DNA of 64,000 nucleotides, from NCBI GenBank assembly GCA_963706025.1, contig CAVPLM010000003.1:448001-512000 (forward strand), in the 5' to 3' direction. Source of the stretch: an uncultured Actinomycetes bacterium (lineage in GTDB: Bacteria > Actinomycetota > Thermoleophilia > RBG-16-64-13). The notes beneath the pieces are model-generated. The model had not been told where the DNA came from and ran no database searches. It saw nothing but the letters and a program-made list of their open reading frames with translations. Positions 1 to 8,910 of this stretch are shown piece after piece. The position numbers were made by a program, and so were the translations under genes. The number at the start of each line of letters is the position of its first letter. Position 1 is the stretch's first letter.

Positions 1-439
1 ACACGCTGGAGCACCGCGCCGACTACGCCGGCATCACCATCCTCTACGGCGCCACCGCCCCGGAGAACTTCACCTACCAGGTACGACATCAGACGACTGG
101 CAGAAGCGGGACGACTCGAACTCGTCCTCACCATCGACCGCGACTGTGACGGCTGGCAGTGCGACGTGGGCCTGGTGCCGCACGTGCTCGAGCGCATGAA
201 CCCCGATCCCGGCCAACACCATCGCCATCACCTGCGGTCCGCCCATCATGATCAAGTTCGCCCTCATGAGCTTCCAGAAGCTGGGCTTCACCGACGAGCA
301 GACCTACACCACGCTCGAGAAGCGCATGAAGTGCGGCATCGGCATCTGCGGCCGCTGCAACGTGGGGCCCAAGTACGTGTGCGTGGACGGGCCGGTGTTC
401 TCGCTGGCCGAGCTCAAGGAGCTGCCGGACGAGTTGTAG
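1..439 (+). CDS. 3' part of FAD/NAD-binding [2Fe-2S] oxidoreductase (sulfhydrogenase gamma / AsrB / PyrK family), cut by window edge
   Basis: C-terminal [29 protein letters not shown] [2Fe-2S] motif; upstream CGPPIM; frameshifts in the first 250 bp. Confidence 0.85.
317..353 (+). repeat. 37-bp direct repeat, copy 1 (inside the oxidoreductase 3' end)
   Basis: gagaagcgcatgaagtgcggcatcggcatctgcggcc matches 4254-4290 with one mismatch. Confidence 0.95.
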
Positions 440-440
440 G

Positions 441-547
441 AGAGCCGCACCTGCCCGATGGCGCCGCCGCGGGGCGCGAGGCTGACCGTGGGGCTCTGGG
501 CAAGATCTTGTTCGTTTTCTGTGGGGGGCGCCGGAAGGCGCCCCTCT
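441..547 (+). repeat. Intergenic repeat module, copy 1 (27-bp box plus GC hairpin)
   Basis: agagccgcacctgcccgatggcgccgc (441-467) and ggggcgccggaaggcgcccc hairpin; both recur at 2953-3115. Confidence 0.8.
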
Positions 548-568
548 TGGTTCGATTCTGAGCGGGGA

Positions 569-1633
569 CTAGCCCGCCAACACCTTGTCGGACTGCCGCT
601 GAAGCCAACCTTTGTTCGTGAGCACATTGAAGGCCAACTCGATCTGCTCTTCTGAGAACTTGCGCTTGCGTTCATTCCAGGCATAGGTTCGCGTAATCAC
701 TGAATTCAGATCATCCGCCGAATCGCGAGTCGCCACCCAGTGGACCGTTGCTAGGAGTTCTAGGCCAAACGGCGACTCGAAGCCTTGGACAAGATCGGCG
801 ACTCGGTCGAACTTCGACCTGGTTTCTTCATCATCTTTAAGAGTCACCAGTGCATCTGAGACAGCTCCTGGGACGAGTTTTAGCTCGGTATTCGGAGCTT
901 CATCACCCTGGACGAAGCCATCGACGAAGTACCCGTCGACTGCACGCAAGACGTGCCTCAGATTCTCAGCATACGGACCATAAAGGCCGGCCGCGAATCT
1001 GAGCCTGAGCGGCTGGGTCGCTTCCTGCATGAAGTAGAGGAGTTTGTGGACCTCAAGAAGCGAGACTGAAGGGTCCATCAACCCCGCGAGGTACCGGTCC
1101 ATCAGGGCGACGAGAGTGGCTCTTCCGGCAGTCATCTCGGGAGGCTTGCCGTGCCGAGTAGCCGGCTGTTCTTCCACTGCGTGAGTGGGTTCGAACACGA
1201 GGATGTCCACATCTGGAAGTGAACCGAGGGAAGCCTCGATTCTTGCTCGCACCACACCCCAACTCAACCCGCCCAACCCGCTGCCTAGCGGAGGGAGCGC
1301 GATAGACCTGATGCCTCTTGTCCGAATCTCCGCGACGAGCGCGTCGAGTCCAACCTCGATGTCTTCGATGCGACTCTTGCCACGCCAATGTCGTTTCGTC
1401 GGGAAGTTGATGATGTAGCGCGGATTTGTGAGGAGTCCCGTCTCGAACACGAACATGCGCCCCGGCTGCACGCCGCCACGATTGCAGGCAGCAACGTAGG
1501 CTTTGAAGTTCTCGGGGAAGGTTTCCTTGAACTGGAGGGCCACGCCGCGCCCCATCACCCCGACACAGTTGACGGAGTTCACAAGCGCCTCGCTGTCTTC
1601 AGCGAGAAGGTTTCCTTGCTTGTATCGGATCAT
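569..1633 (-). CDS. darG: DarG macrodomain antitoxin (DNA ADP-ribosyl glycohydrolase)
   Basis: GNLL..EALVNSVNCVGVMGRGVALQFK, IINFPTKRHW, SIALPPLGSGLGGL; C-terminal ELLATVHW; directly downstream of darT. Confidence 0.93.
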   Translation of the reverse strand: MIRYKQGNLLAEDSEALVNSVNCVGVMGRGVALQFKETFPENFKAYVAACNRGGVQPGRMFVFETGLLTNPRYIINFPTKRHWRGKSRIEDIEVGLDALVAEIRTRGIRSIALPPLGSGLGGLSWGVVRARIEASLGSLPDVDILVFEPTHAVEEQPATRHGKPPEMTAGRATLVALMDRYLAGLMDPSVSLLEVHKLLYFMQEATQPLRLRFAAGLYGPYAENLRHVLRAVDGYFVDGFVQGDEAPNTELKLVPGAVSDALVTLKDDEETRSKFDRVADLVQGFESPFGLELLATVHWVATRDSADDLNSVITRTYAWNERKRKFSEEQIELAFNVLTNKGWLQRQSDKVLAG

Positions 1634-1649
1634 CCGCGCGCTCCTTTCG

Positions 1650-2297
1650 TCAATAGTACCAGTCGCGACGGACGGCTACTGACGGACGAAGGGCGGCCCC
1701 GGGGATCGCCAATCGGACCCGGTTCACTAGAGCGGCTGAATGCACGCCCACGACCTCCACGAGATCCCAAGGGAAGAACCTATCGACAAGGAACTCGGCC
1801 TGCTTGCCCTCCTTGATATCGGCATTGCGGAAGTCGGAAGCCACAACGGCGTCCGAGTTGATCTCGGCAAGATAATGAAGGCGGATGCGGAACTGAGCGT
1901 AGGCCGCTCCGGCATTCGACAGACTGAAGACCGAGCTGACTGCAGCTGTGTCGGCCCACCGGACTGCCTCATGCAGGTCGGCCTGCAAGTGAACAATCGG
2001 TTCTTGCCCTCCCCTGTACGTCAAGTCAGGGTGATTCCCGCACGAGATTACGTAGAGCATGATTGAGCGGGGGCAGAAGTAGAAGGGCACGAATTCTCCC
2101 ACGGTCTTGCCGGGATGGCAGCTGACTGGCAGGTGGAGTCTTCGCTCCTTGAGCGAAGACATCCCGATCACTGACGTTGCGCCTCCATGCTGCAACATGT
2201 GCGAGTCCGAGAAGAGACCGTCGGCTGAGACAATGCCGGCGAGATTGTCGACATGCGTGATGTGATAGATCTTCGGTTTGTCTGGATGGTTGCTCAC
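1650..2297 (-). CDS. darT: DarT DNA ADP-ribosyltransferase toxin (DUF4433)
   Basis: IYHITHVDNL, VPFYFCPRSIMLY, KQAEFLV (catalytic Glu), terminal WYY; GTG start chosen from RBS. Confidence 0.92.
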   Translation of the reverse strand: MSNHPDKPKIYHITHVDNLAGIVSADGLFSDSHMLQHGGATSVIGMSSLKERRLHLPVSCHPGKTVGEFVPFYFCPRSIMLYVISCGNHPDLTYRGGQEPIVHLQADLHEAVRWADTAAVSSVFSLSNAGAAYAQFRIRLHYLAEINSDAVVASDFRNADIKEGKQAEFLVDRFFPWDLVEVVGVHSAALVNRVRLAIPGAALRPSVAVRRDWYY

Positions 2298-2459
2298 CGT
2301 CTCTCGGCTCACCTCCCCAAGGTCTTGGTTGACTATCCTAGGATACGAGATTAGCCGAACCTGCATGAAGGACCTTCGCAGTGGTTGTTCGGCCGGGCCA
2401 ACACGACAACGCCAGCTCTTGGAGGGCGCAGCCGCCGTCTTCGGGGAAAGCGAACAGGG

Positions 2460-2663
2460 CAAGGAGGTTTTCGGAGAGTCCGCCCATCTTGATCAAGTGG
2501 TGCACGAGGCCGACCTTCAGGGGATGATTCTGATGCGCGGGTATGGACAGGCGCACGTCGCTGTGCTCCCTGCCGTAGATGTGGTGGCTTCCGCGAACAC
2601 GAGAAGGACCCGGCCCTTGCTCTCGAGCGCCTTGGCAAGTTCGCGGCCGGATACGACCTTCAT
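2460..2663 (-). pseudogene. hicA: HicA-family toxin, frameshifted, normal stop not evident
   Basis: [17 protein letters not shown] / RVRGSHHIY..LSIPAHQNHPLKVGL split across two frames; overlaps hicB stop. Confidence 0.75.
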
Positions 2664-2863
2664 ACCGCGATTTCCACGATCCGATCACGCTCGCCGGTTT
2701 TGACAGAACCGACGTCGACGGACAGGCAGCCTTCGACGGCCTCATAGATGTTCAGAAGCAACTGCTCGAAGGTCTCGCCCTGGGTGCAGCAACCGGGTAT
2801 GGCCGGAACCTCGGCCCAGAAGCCGCCTTCTTCCGCCTCGTGGACCACTACCGTGAGCTTCAT
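2660..2863 (-). CDS. hicB: HicB-family antitoxin (short form)
   Basis: [39 protein letters not shown]. Confidence 0.88.
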   Translation of the reverse strand: MKLTVVVHEAEEGGFWAEVPAIPGCCTQGETFEQLLLNIYEAVEGCLSVDVGSVKTGERDRIVEIAV

Positions 2864-2952
2864 GCCTCTCCCTCCAGCGGCTCGAGCTGCGATAGTCACA
2901 GTATAGCCCGGCCCTCATTTCCCGAACCAACAGGCCCGTAACACCCTGAGGA

Positions 2953-3115
2953 AGAGCCGCACCTGCCCGAGGGCGCCGCGCGGGCGGTTGTGTCCTGCCG
3001 CGGTGAACGGTGCGACACCCGGGGCAAGTCAGCGATCCGGGGCGGCGACGTCGACTGTCGAGGTTTCGTTCAGGAATGATCGTTTCCTCTGGGGGCGCCG
3101 AAAGGCGCCCCCATC
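2953..3115 (+). repeat. Intergenic repeat module, copy 2
   Basis: agagccgcacctgcccgagggcgccgc (2953-2979) and gggggcgccgaaaggcgccccc (3091-3112). Confidence 0.8.
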
Positions 3116-3232
3116 TCTGGGCCACTGGGTATCACTTTACAAGGGGCGAGTCGGCCGGCAAGCACGCTGTCAGCACAGTCCCCACATCTGTTACCATAAA
3201 AAAGGTTGGTTCCTGCCAATAATGAGGTAACT

Positions 3233-3743
3233 GTGCTGTCGTTGCTCGTAACATCCGCGGCGCGTCGCAAGCTTCTGGTGGGGTTCCTCACGCATCCTGG
3301 GGAGCGGTTCTACCTGTCTCAGCTCATCCGCGACCTGGAGATTACGTCGTCGGCGGCCCAGAAGGAACTCGCGCGCCTTACGGAAAGCGGGCTGCTCCTG
3401 AGCGAGCGCGAGGGTAATGTCCGCTTCTACACCGTGAACACGGCGCATCCGATCTACCGGGAGCTCAAGAGCATCGTATACAAGACGGAGGGGCTCGGCA
3501 GCGTGCTGATCGACTGTCTCCGGCAGGTTGCCGGCGTCACCGTGCTCTCAGCTACGGTTCGGTAGCTCGAAACACCGAAGACGCCATCTCCGACGTGGAT
3601 CTGCTTGGATCGTCGACGTGGAGCCCGCGGCCTGGATGGCGTTCTGCAGGCCGACAATCTTGAGCGTGACGTCGACGCTACCATCGACTGTGGCGAGTGG
3701 CCGACCGCGTGAATCGGCGACAGGCTTCGACTCGAAGTGCTGA
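3233..3743 (+). pseudogene. wHTH + minimal nucleotidyltransferase (MNT antitoxin), frameshifted
   Basis: HTH region ERFYLSQLIR..QKELARL..GLL..REGNVRFY; shifted frame gives YGSVARNTEDAISDVDLL (GS-x10-DxD). Confidence 0.8.
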
Positions 3744-3770
3744 ATGGACCGAAGATCTTCCTCATCGGAG

Positions 3771-4226
3771 ATGAAGATGGGCTTCGATGAGTTGGTTGGG
3801 AGGCGGGTCATCGAACCCAGCGATGTAGAGCCCGCTGAGATAGCTGGGCTGATGCGGGTAGCCCAGAGAGACATCGTGACTGCCTCGAGTCTGGTGCAGA
3901 CCGACCTCGACTGGGCATTCGCCGTAGCATACAACGCCATTCTGCAGAGTTCGGTGGCCTTCATCGCGAGTCACGGCTTCAGGCCGCACTCGCGCAACAA
4001 GCACTTCAACACCTTCCGCTTCATGTCCGCCGCGCTTCCCGATGAGAGCGACACCATTTCCCGGTTGCAGCGATTCCGAAAGAAGCGCCACGCGGCCGTG
4101 TACGAACAGCCGGGACTGATCAGCGCCCAGGAAGCACTGGACATCATCGAGTTCGCCGGACGCTACGTCGGGATGATCGAGGAACGGATGCCCCGAGAGG
4201 TGAGGGAGCGCCTGCGAGAGGGCTGA
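3771..4226 (+). CDS. HEPN-domain protein (partner of MNT)
   Basis: DWAFAVAYNAIL..., RKKRHAAVYE; follows MNT gene. Confidence 0.8.
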   Translation: MKMGFDELVGRRVIEPSDVEPAEIAGLMRVAQRDIVTASSLVQTDLDWAFAVAYNAILQSSVAFIASHGFRPHSRNKHFNTFRFMSAALPDESDTISRLQRFRKKRHAAVYEQPGLISAQEALDIIEFAGRYVGMIEERMPREVRERLREG

Positions 4227-4253
4227 CGCCGGATCAGCGCACAGCCAACAGAG

Positions 4254-4290
4254 GAGAAGCGCATGAAGTGCGGCATCGGCATCTGTGGCC
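4254..4290 (+). repeat. 37-bp direct repeat, copy 2 (supplies ATG to the integrase fragment)
   Basis: gagaagcgcatgaagtgcggcatcggcatctgtggcc. Confidence 0.95.
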
Positions 4291-4940
4291 AGGTGATGAC
4301 CCGCGGTGAAGCACGCGACGTTCTAGGCCTACTCTACGGTGACAAGTGGCTCATCGCCTCTCTGCTCCATGGCTGCGGGCTGCGACTGCTGGAGTGCCTG
4401 CGGCTACGGATCAAGGACATCGATTTCTCATGGGGCGAGATCACGGTTCACGACGGCAAGGGCGGGAAGGACCGCGTGACCATGCTGCCCGCATCGCTTA
4501 CCACTCCGCTGCAGGAGCACCTGCGCTTGGTCAAGATCACCCATGACGGCGATCTCGCCGATGGCTGGGGCCGCGTCGTTCTGCCGGCCGCGCTGGACCG
4601 GAAGCACCCGAACGCGCCGGCCGACTGGCGCCGGCAGTGGGTCTTTCCTCAAGCCACGCGGTGGAAGAACAGAAGTACAGGCGAAGAGGGAAGGCACCAT
4701 GTTCACGAGACCCTGGTTCAGCGGGCGGTGAAGGAGGCCGTCGGCCGGGCGGGCATCGTCAAGCATGTGGGGTGCCATACCCTTCGGCATTCCTTCGCCA
4801 CCCATCTGCTGGAGGCGGGCTACGACATCCGGACCATCCAGGAGCTCCTCGGTCACAACGATGTGCGTACCACCATGATCTACACCCATGTGCTCAACCG
4901 GGGCGGACAGGTTGTCCCTAGCCCGCTTGACGCTCTGTAG
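4263..4940 (+). mobile_element. intI: Integron integrase, N-terminally truncated (catalytic domain intact)
   Basis: [26 protein letters not shown], IntI-specific insert [28 protein letters not shown]-like, [27 protein letters not shown]; about 100 N-terminal residues absent. Confidence 0.92.
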
Positions 4941-5107
4941 GGCTGCATATACAGTCTGCATATCCGCGACGCTCCGGGAGGCGTCTCAGACTCGCAAGGC
5001 TCTCGGCGAGGCATATCGGGGCCATCTTGAGTCTCGAAACTGGTGCTATACAGACAGCCCTATGCTGCGGCAGTTGGCTTGCGCAGAGTGGATAATCATT
5101 GTTAGCT
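4941..5107 (+). other. Putative attI region downstream of intI (core G/TTAGCT at 5101-5107)
   Basis: GTTAGCT is exactly complementary to AGCTAAC (R'') of the next attC; repeated TATACAG motifs near 4948 and 5047; base composition drops after 5101. Confidence 0.65.
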
Positions 5108-5207
5108 TGCCAGAGCGCATCCTAAATATTCATGGTATAAGAAGAATCCTTCCGTATTTTGGTTCATCTTCAACCAGGTTGTTGACTATTATTCAGGAGA
5201 AAATACT

Positions 5208-6608
5208 ATGAACACAGAAAAACTGACCACACCAATTGGCGATTTTGATTTTGTGCTGGATGGTTATCCCACCAAAGAGACCGCCCAAAAACTGTTCGAT
5301 GCGCTTGATTTTCAGCGCGCCTGCCAGGCCTACCTTGACTTTATACCGGCAATGTCGATGTATTCATTGCTTGAGGGGCAGGAGAAAGGATTTGGGTGTA
5401 AGGAATGTTCCGACCTGGCTGTGGCCGCCGATTTGCTGGATGCGACACCCTATTTATTGACCGGCAATACAGAAAGCGTTTATTTTGCCGGTAATGTTGA
5501 CCTCAAGAAAGATGGCCCAACGGTGGTTGAAATCCCCCCGCAGGTTTTGGGCATGGCCAACGATGCCTATTTCCGGTATATCATTGATTTTGGCATGGTG
5601 GGTCCGGATCAGGGGCAAGGGGGAAAATACCTGCTGCTGCCGCCGGATTATGAAGGCGAAGTTCCCGAAGGGTATTTCGTCGCTCGTTCGCGCACCTACA
5701 AAGTGTGGATCATGGCCCGTGCCAGCCAAAAAATCAGCGGTATGGGCGAGCAGGCCATCAAATGGTATGGCGAGCATTGCGCGGTGTACCCGTTAAAGGG
5801 TGGAACCAGAAAGCCCAATATCATCAACGTCAGCGGTTTATCGACAGATGGCACCCACCCCAATGATTTCCAATATTTTGTCAATCTCGACAAGATGATT
5901 CAATACGAACCCACAGAGGCGTTTGACAAGGAACAATTGGGGCTGTTAAGAGCACTTGGCATCGAGAAAGGCAAGCAGTTTGACCCCGATGAGCGCATGC
6001 GGAAGATTCTCGACACCGCCGCCAAAACGGGTTTTGGCATGGCCCGGGCGATTGCCTATCAATCGCGCGAACCGGAAGCGAAAGTGTACCCGGATCGGAA
6101 TTGGGAATATATCTTTGTGGGCGGCAGCCATGAATTCTTGAAGAACGGCGTCCGCAACCTGGATGCCCGGACGCTCTTCCACTTCACCGCCATTTGTGTG
6201 ACCCCGGCCATGGTCAACAAAATCGTGGGCGCCGGGTCTCAATACCTGTGTGCCTATGTCGATGGGGATGGCGATTATCTGGATGGCGGCCAAACCTACC
6301 AGCTCCACCTGCCACCGAATATCCCCATCAACAACTTCTGGTCGGTGACGTTATATGATCCCAAGACGCGCTCGCTGCTGCAAAACGGCATGCCCAAGCC
6401 CAGCGTCAATAGCTTTGACGGGCCTGAACAGAATGTTGACGGTTCCTACGATGTCTTCTTTGGTCCGGAAGCGCCCGCCAGCAAAGAAAAGAACTGGATC
6501 AAAACCGTTCCCGGTAAGGGTTGGTTCACCTATGTCCGCTTCTACGGCCCGCTGGAGGCTTTCTTCGATCAGACCTGGAAGCCGGACGATATTGTCAAGA
6601 TTGGGTAG
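5208..6608 (+). CDS. DUF1254/DUF1214-domain protein (gene cassette 1)
   Basis: LDFQRACQAY, LTGNTESVY, DLKKDGPTVVE, GPDQGQGGKYLLLPP, GSQYL, FWSVTLYD, NWIKTVPGKGWF..RFYGP; visibly more AT-rich than host genes. Confidence 0.88.
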   Translation: MNTEKLTTPIGDFDFVLDGYPTKETAQKLFDALDFQRACQAYLDFIPAMSMYSLLEGQEKGFGCKECSDLAVAADLLDATPYLLTGNTESVYFAGNVDLKKDGPTVVEIPPQVLGMANDAYFRYIIDFGMVGPDQGQGGKYLLLPPDYEGEVPEGYFVARSRTYKVWIMARASQKISGMGEQAIKWYGEHCAVYPLKGGTRKPNIINVSGLSTDGTHPNDFQYFVNLDKMIQYEPTEAFDKEQLGLLRALGIEKGKQFDPDERMRKILDTAAKTGFGMARAIAYQSREPEAKVYPDRNWEYIFVGGSHEFLKNGVRNLDARTLFHFTAICVTPAMVNKIVGAGSQYLCAYVDGDGDYLDGGQTYQLHLPPNIPINNFWSVTLYDPKTRSLLQNGMPKPSVNSFDGPEQNVDGSYDVFFGPEAPASKEKNWIKTVPGKGWFTYVRFYGPLEAFFDQTWKPDDIVKIG

Positions 6609-6644
6609 TTGAATACTTGGTTTTGGTAGACTATCTAATAAGCA

Positions 6645-6770
6645 AGCTAACCCAGGCTGTAGCTGACCGGGGCTTTGCCCCGCGGGTAGGCGGCGCGCTT
6701 TTCAGCAATTCAATTCAAGCAAAGTCGCATTTTAGCGTCAACCCGCCCCGGCAGCTAAGCCCCGTTCTCG
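6645..6770 (+). other. attC site 1
   Basis: R'' AGCTAAC, L'' ctgtagctgac, arms ccgggg/ccccgg, L' gcagctaag, GTT at 6764. Confidence 0.8.
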
Positions 6771-6842
6771 ACGGGCTTCTGGCGCGGAGCCCCATGTCGG
6801 GCTGCCGCGAAATGTACGACATGGTTAAACGGCCGCTCGACG

Positions 6843-7165
6843 GTGGATTTGCGCCACAACCGCGACGACGTCGTCTGGATCACGATGAATCCGAGCGTCG
6901 GACACGAGCAGTCAGGTCGTCGGCCCGCCCTGGTCATCTCGCCCGGCTCCTACAATGGCAAGGTCGGCCTCGCCATCCTTTGCCAATCACCTGGCAGAGA
7001 ACGACGAACCGTACGCACGGATTCCGACGGGCTGCCGTCAGGGGTGGTGCCACGGATAGAAAGAGTCAGGACTAGAAGGCCCTAGGCGCGGAGTTCCTCT
7101 GCAAGGTGCCGCCCGACAGTACCGCAGCCGTCTTGCAGAGGTTGGAGAGGCTGGTGGCGCCGTAG
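6843..7165 (+). pseudogene. mazF: MazF/PemK toxin remnant (cassette 2)
   Basis: DVVWITMNPSVGHEQSGRRPALVISPGSYNGKVGLAILC followed by a broken frame. Confidence 0.8.
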
Positions 7166-7172
7166 CCTGGGC

Positions 7173-7232
7173 GCCCAACCATGGCTTCTATCTGACTCGC
7201 TTCGCTCGCAGTCAAGCCAAAAGACGCTAGGC
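7173..7232 (+). other. attC site 2 (short, R' degenerate GCTAGGC)
   Basis: GCCCAAC...ctgactcgcttcgctcgcag...aagacGCTAGGC, 60-bp imperfect palindrome right after a stop codon. Confidence 0.75.
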
Positions 7233-7298
7233 TCCACCCTTGGGAGGTGGACGCGCGAGCAGTGGTTGTTGGAGACCCTTCCGACTTGATCTAGCGCT

Positions 7299-7319
7299 GG
7301 TATGACGTAGCATCATACC
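7299..7319 (+). promoter_or_regulatory. TA autoregulatory operator palindrome
   Basis: GGTATGA-n7-TCATACC immediately before RBS GGAGG. Confidence 0.6.
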
Positions 7320-7332
7320 TGGAGGTACACTT

Positions 7333-7568
7333 ATGGGACGCTCAAGGATAGCATCACCCTGGAGAGGTCTGTCCGGTGAGTGGAGGGATTGTGGATAAGC
7401 GTGTCACCATAATCGACGGCGTGGCAGTCGAGGATGCCGTGACGAGAAGCTGGCAACGGTCGCGCCATCGTCTCGCGCAGGAGGGCGCCAAACTCGACCC
7501 CGACCACGAGCGGGCCTTGGCCGAGGAGGGTATTGGAGGGGAGATGGTTCGAGTGGCCCGAATACTGA
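7333..7568 (+). pseudogene. Ribbon-helix-helix antitoxin, frameshifted (cassette 3)
   Basis: RLAQEGAKLDPDHERALAEEG...WPEY stop, overlapping the mazF start. Confidence 0.65.
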
Positions 7569-7891
7569 GGGGCGAGATCCGTTGGGCGGAAATAAAAAAG
7601 AAAAAAGAAAACGAGCAGTCGGGGAGGCGTCCCGTCCTCATACTGAGCGCCGATGTCTTCAACGAGCGCTCGGGCACGGTGATTGGCGTTGACCTGACCA
7701 GCCAGGCTCCCCGGGCCGGTTTTCCCTTGACCCTCGAGCTGGATTCCGCGAAGCTGCCGAAAGTATCCTGGGTGAAGATCAGCCAGATACGGACACTGTC
7801 CACGGAACGCATCGGCCGCAAGATCGGGGCGGTTTCCCCGGAGGAACTGACGCAGGTCATGGAGGGTCTCAACGAAATCCTGGGGGCCTGA
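7553..7891 (+). CDS. mazF: MazF/PemK toxin (cassette 3)
   Basis: LRGEIRWA..EQSGRRPVLILSADVFN..SWVKISQIRTLSTERI. Confidence 0.85.
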   Translation: MARILRGEIRWAEIKKKKENEQSGRRPVLILSADVFNERSGTVIGVDLTSQAPRAGFPLTLELDSAKLPKVSWVKISQIRTLSTERIGRKIGAVSPEELTQVMEGLNEILGA

Positions 7892-7907
7892 CAAGCCGTT
7901 CATCGGA
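7886..7907 (+). other. Left half of a truncated attC site 3
   Basis: GCCTGAC-aagcc-gttcatcgga overlapping the stop codon; near-complement of the cassette start (G)CTAGGC; no right arm seen. Confidence 0.45.
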
Positions 7908-8176
7908 ATCCTTACTCAGCAGCTGAATTAACAGATTGGTCTTATGGGACGCTTCGGAACAAGTCGCTGCGCAAAGTCGCCGACAATCAATCTAGCGCTT
8001 TTGAGGGGGCTGTCGGGGACATCCCGATGAGTTCGCTACCGGCAGACTGAGGGATTCGCGGTCGGATCCGCGCAAAGATGGTGGCCAGGTTGGTCGCCAG
8101 TCTCCAACCAAGGTCGCGTCTTCGCCCCGGGGCGCTTCCGGAGACTCCGCGAAGCCCCATTCCTCCTCCATAGCGC

Positions 8177-8205
8177 TTGACGTATAACGCGGCACGTTAT
8201 AGGAT
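8177..8205 (+). promoter_or_regulatory. sigma70-type promoter with operator for higBA
   Basis: TTGACG-17-TAGGAT containing palindrome TATAACG-n5-CGTTATA. Confidence 0.7.
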
Positions 8206-8211
8206 GACAAC

Positions 8212-8490
8212 TTGATCAAGACGATCGCCGACGCCGAGACCGAAAAGGTGTTCCGTCGCGAGTTCTCGCAGAGGCTGCCCGGCGACATCCAATCGGTCGC
8301 ATTGCGAAAGCTGCGGATGTTGACAACGCGCATCCGGTCAACGACTTCGCAGTCCCCCGGCCAACCGGCTTGAGAAGCTGACCGGACGGCGCGAAGGCCA
8401 ATACAGCATCCGCATCAACGACCAATGGCGGGAGTGCTTCGCGTGGCACGCGGCGATCCGATCGACGTCCAGATCGTGGACTACCACTGA
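8212..8490 (+). pseudogene. higB: HigB (plasmid-maintenance killer) toxin, frameshifted
   Basis: IKTIADAETEKVF..RKLRML / NRLEKLTG.REGQYSIRINDQWR / VDYH stop. Confidence 0.8.
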
Positions 8491-8503
8491 GAGAAGGGTG
8501 ACC

Positions 8504-8829
8504 TTGGCCACAAAGAAACTCGTTGCCCGTCCACCCGGGCGAAGTGCTCTTGGAGGCGTTCCTCAAGCCCTCCGTGGTCAGCCAGACGGCTGCTCCACGG
8601 CGTGCCCCCGCGTCGGATCAACGAGATCGTTCTGGGCAAGCGTCGTGTGACGGCCGAGACTGCGCTCCGGCTTGCGCGCTATTTCGACACCACGCCGCAG
8701 TTCTGGCTGGGTCTCCAGGCCGACTACGACCTCGATGTTGCGGCGGACGCGCTCGGCGAACGCCTGGATCTTGAGGTTCAGGACACGGGCCGCGGTGATC
8801 TAGCCCAGGGGCCGGCGCGTTGGCTCTGA
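8504..8829 (+). pseudogene. higA: HigA antitoxin, frameshifted or internally deleted
   Basis: PVHPGEVLLE.FLKP / RRINEIVLGKRRVTAETALRLARYFDTTPQFWLGLQADYDL. Confidence 0.85.
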
Positions 8830-8910
8830 TGATCGCATGGAGCCGCTCGCCTACGGCGCGATCCGATCCCGACATTGCGCCGATGTTCGCAAGTACCTCG
8901 GCCTCGCATG
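8805..8910 (-). pseudogene. Fragment resembling a DUF1801-family N-terminus
   Basis: EAEVLANIGAMSGSDRAVGERLHAIIRANAP. Confidence 0.45.

Noticed and set aside
7376-7891. Antitoxin-MazF fusion ORF of 171 aa
   Set aside because: The antitoxin's own WPEY-stop is present in another frame; the fusion arises from an indel
7330-7953. 13-bp direct repeat cttatgggacgct flanking the mazEF cassette
   Set aside because: Short, overlaps the start codon, and has no associated element ends; may be chance
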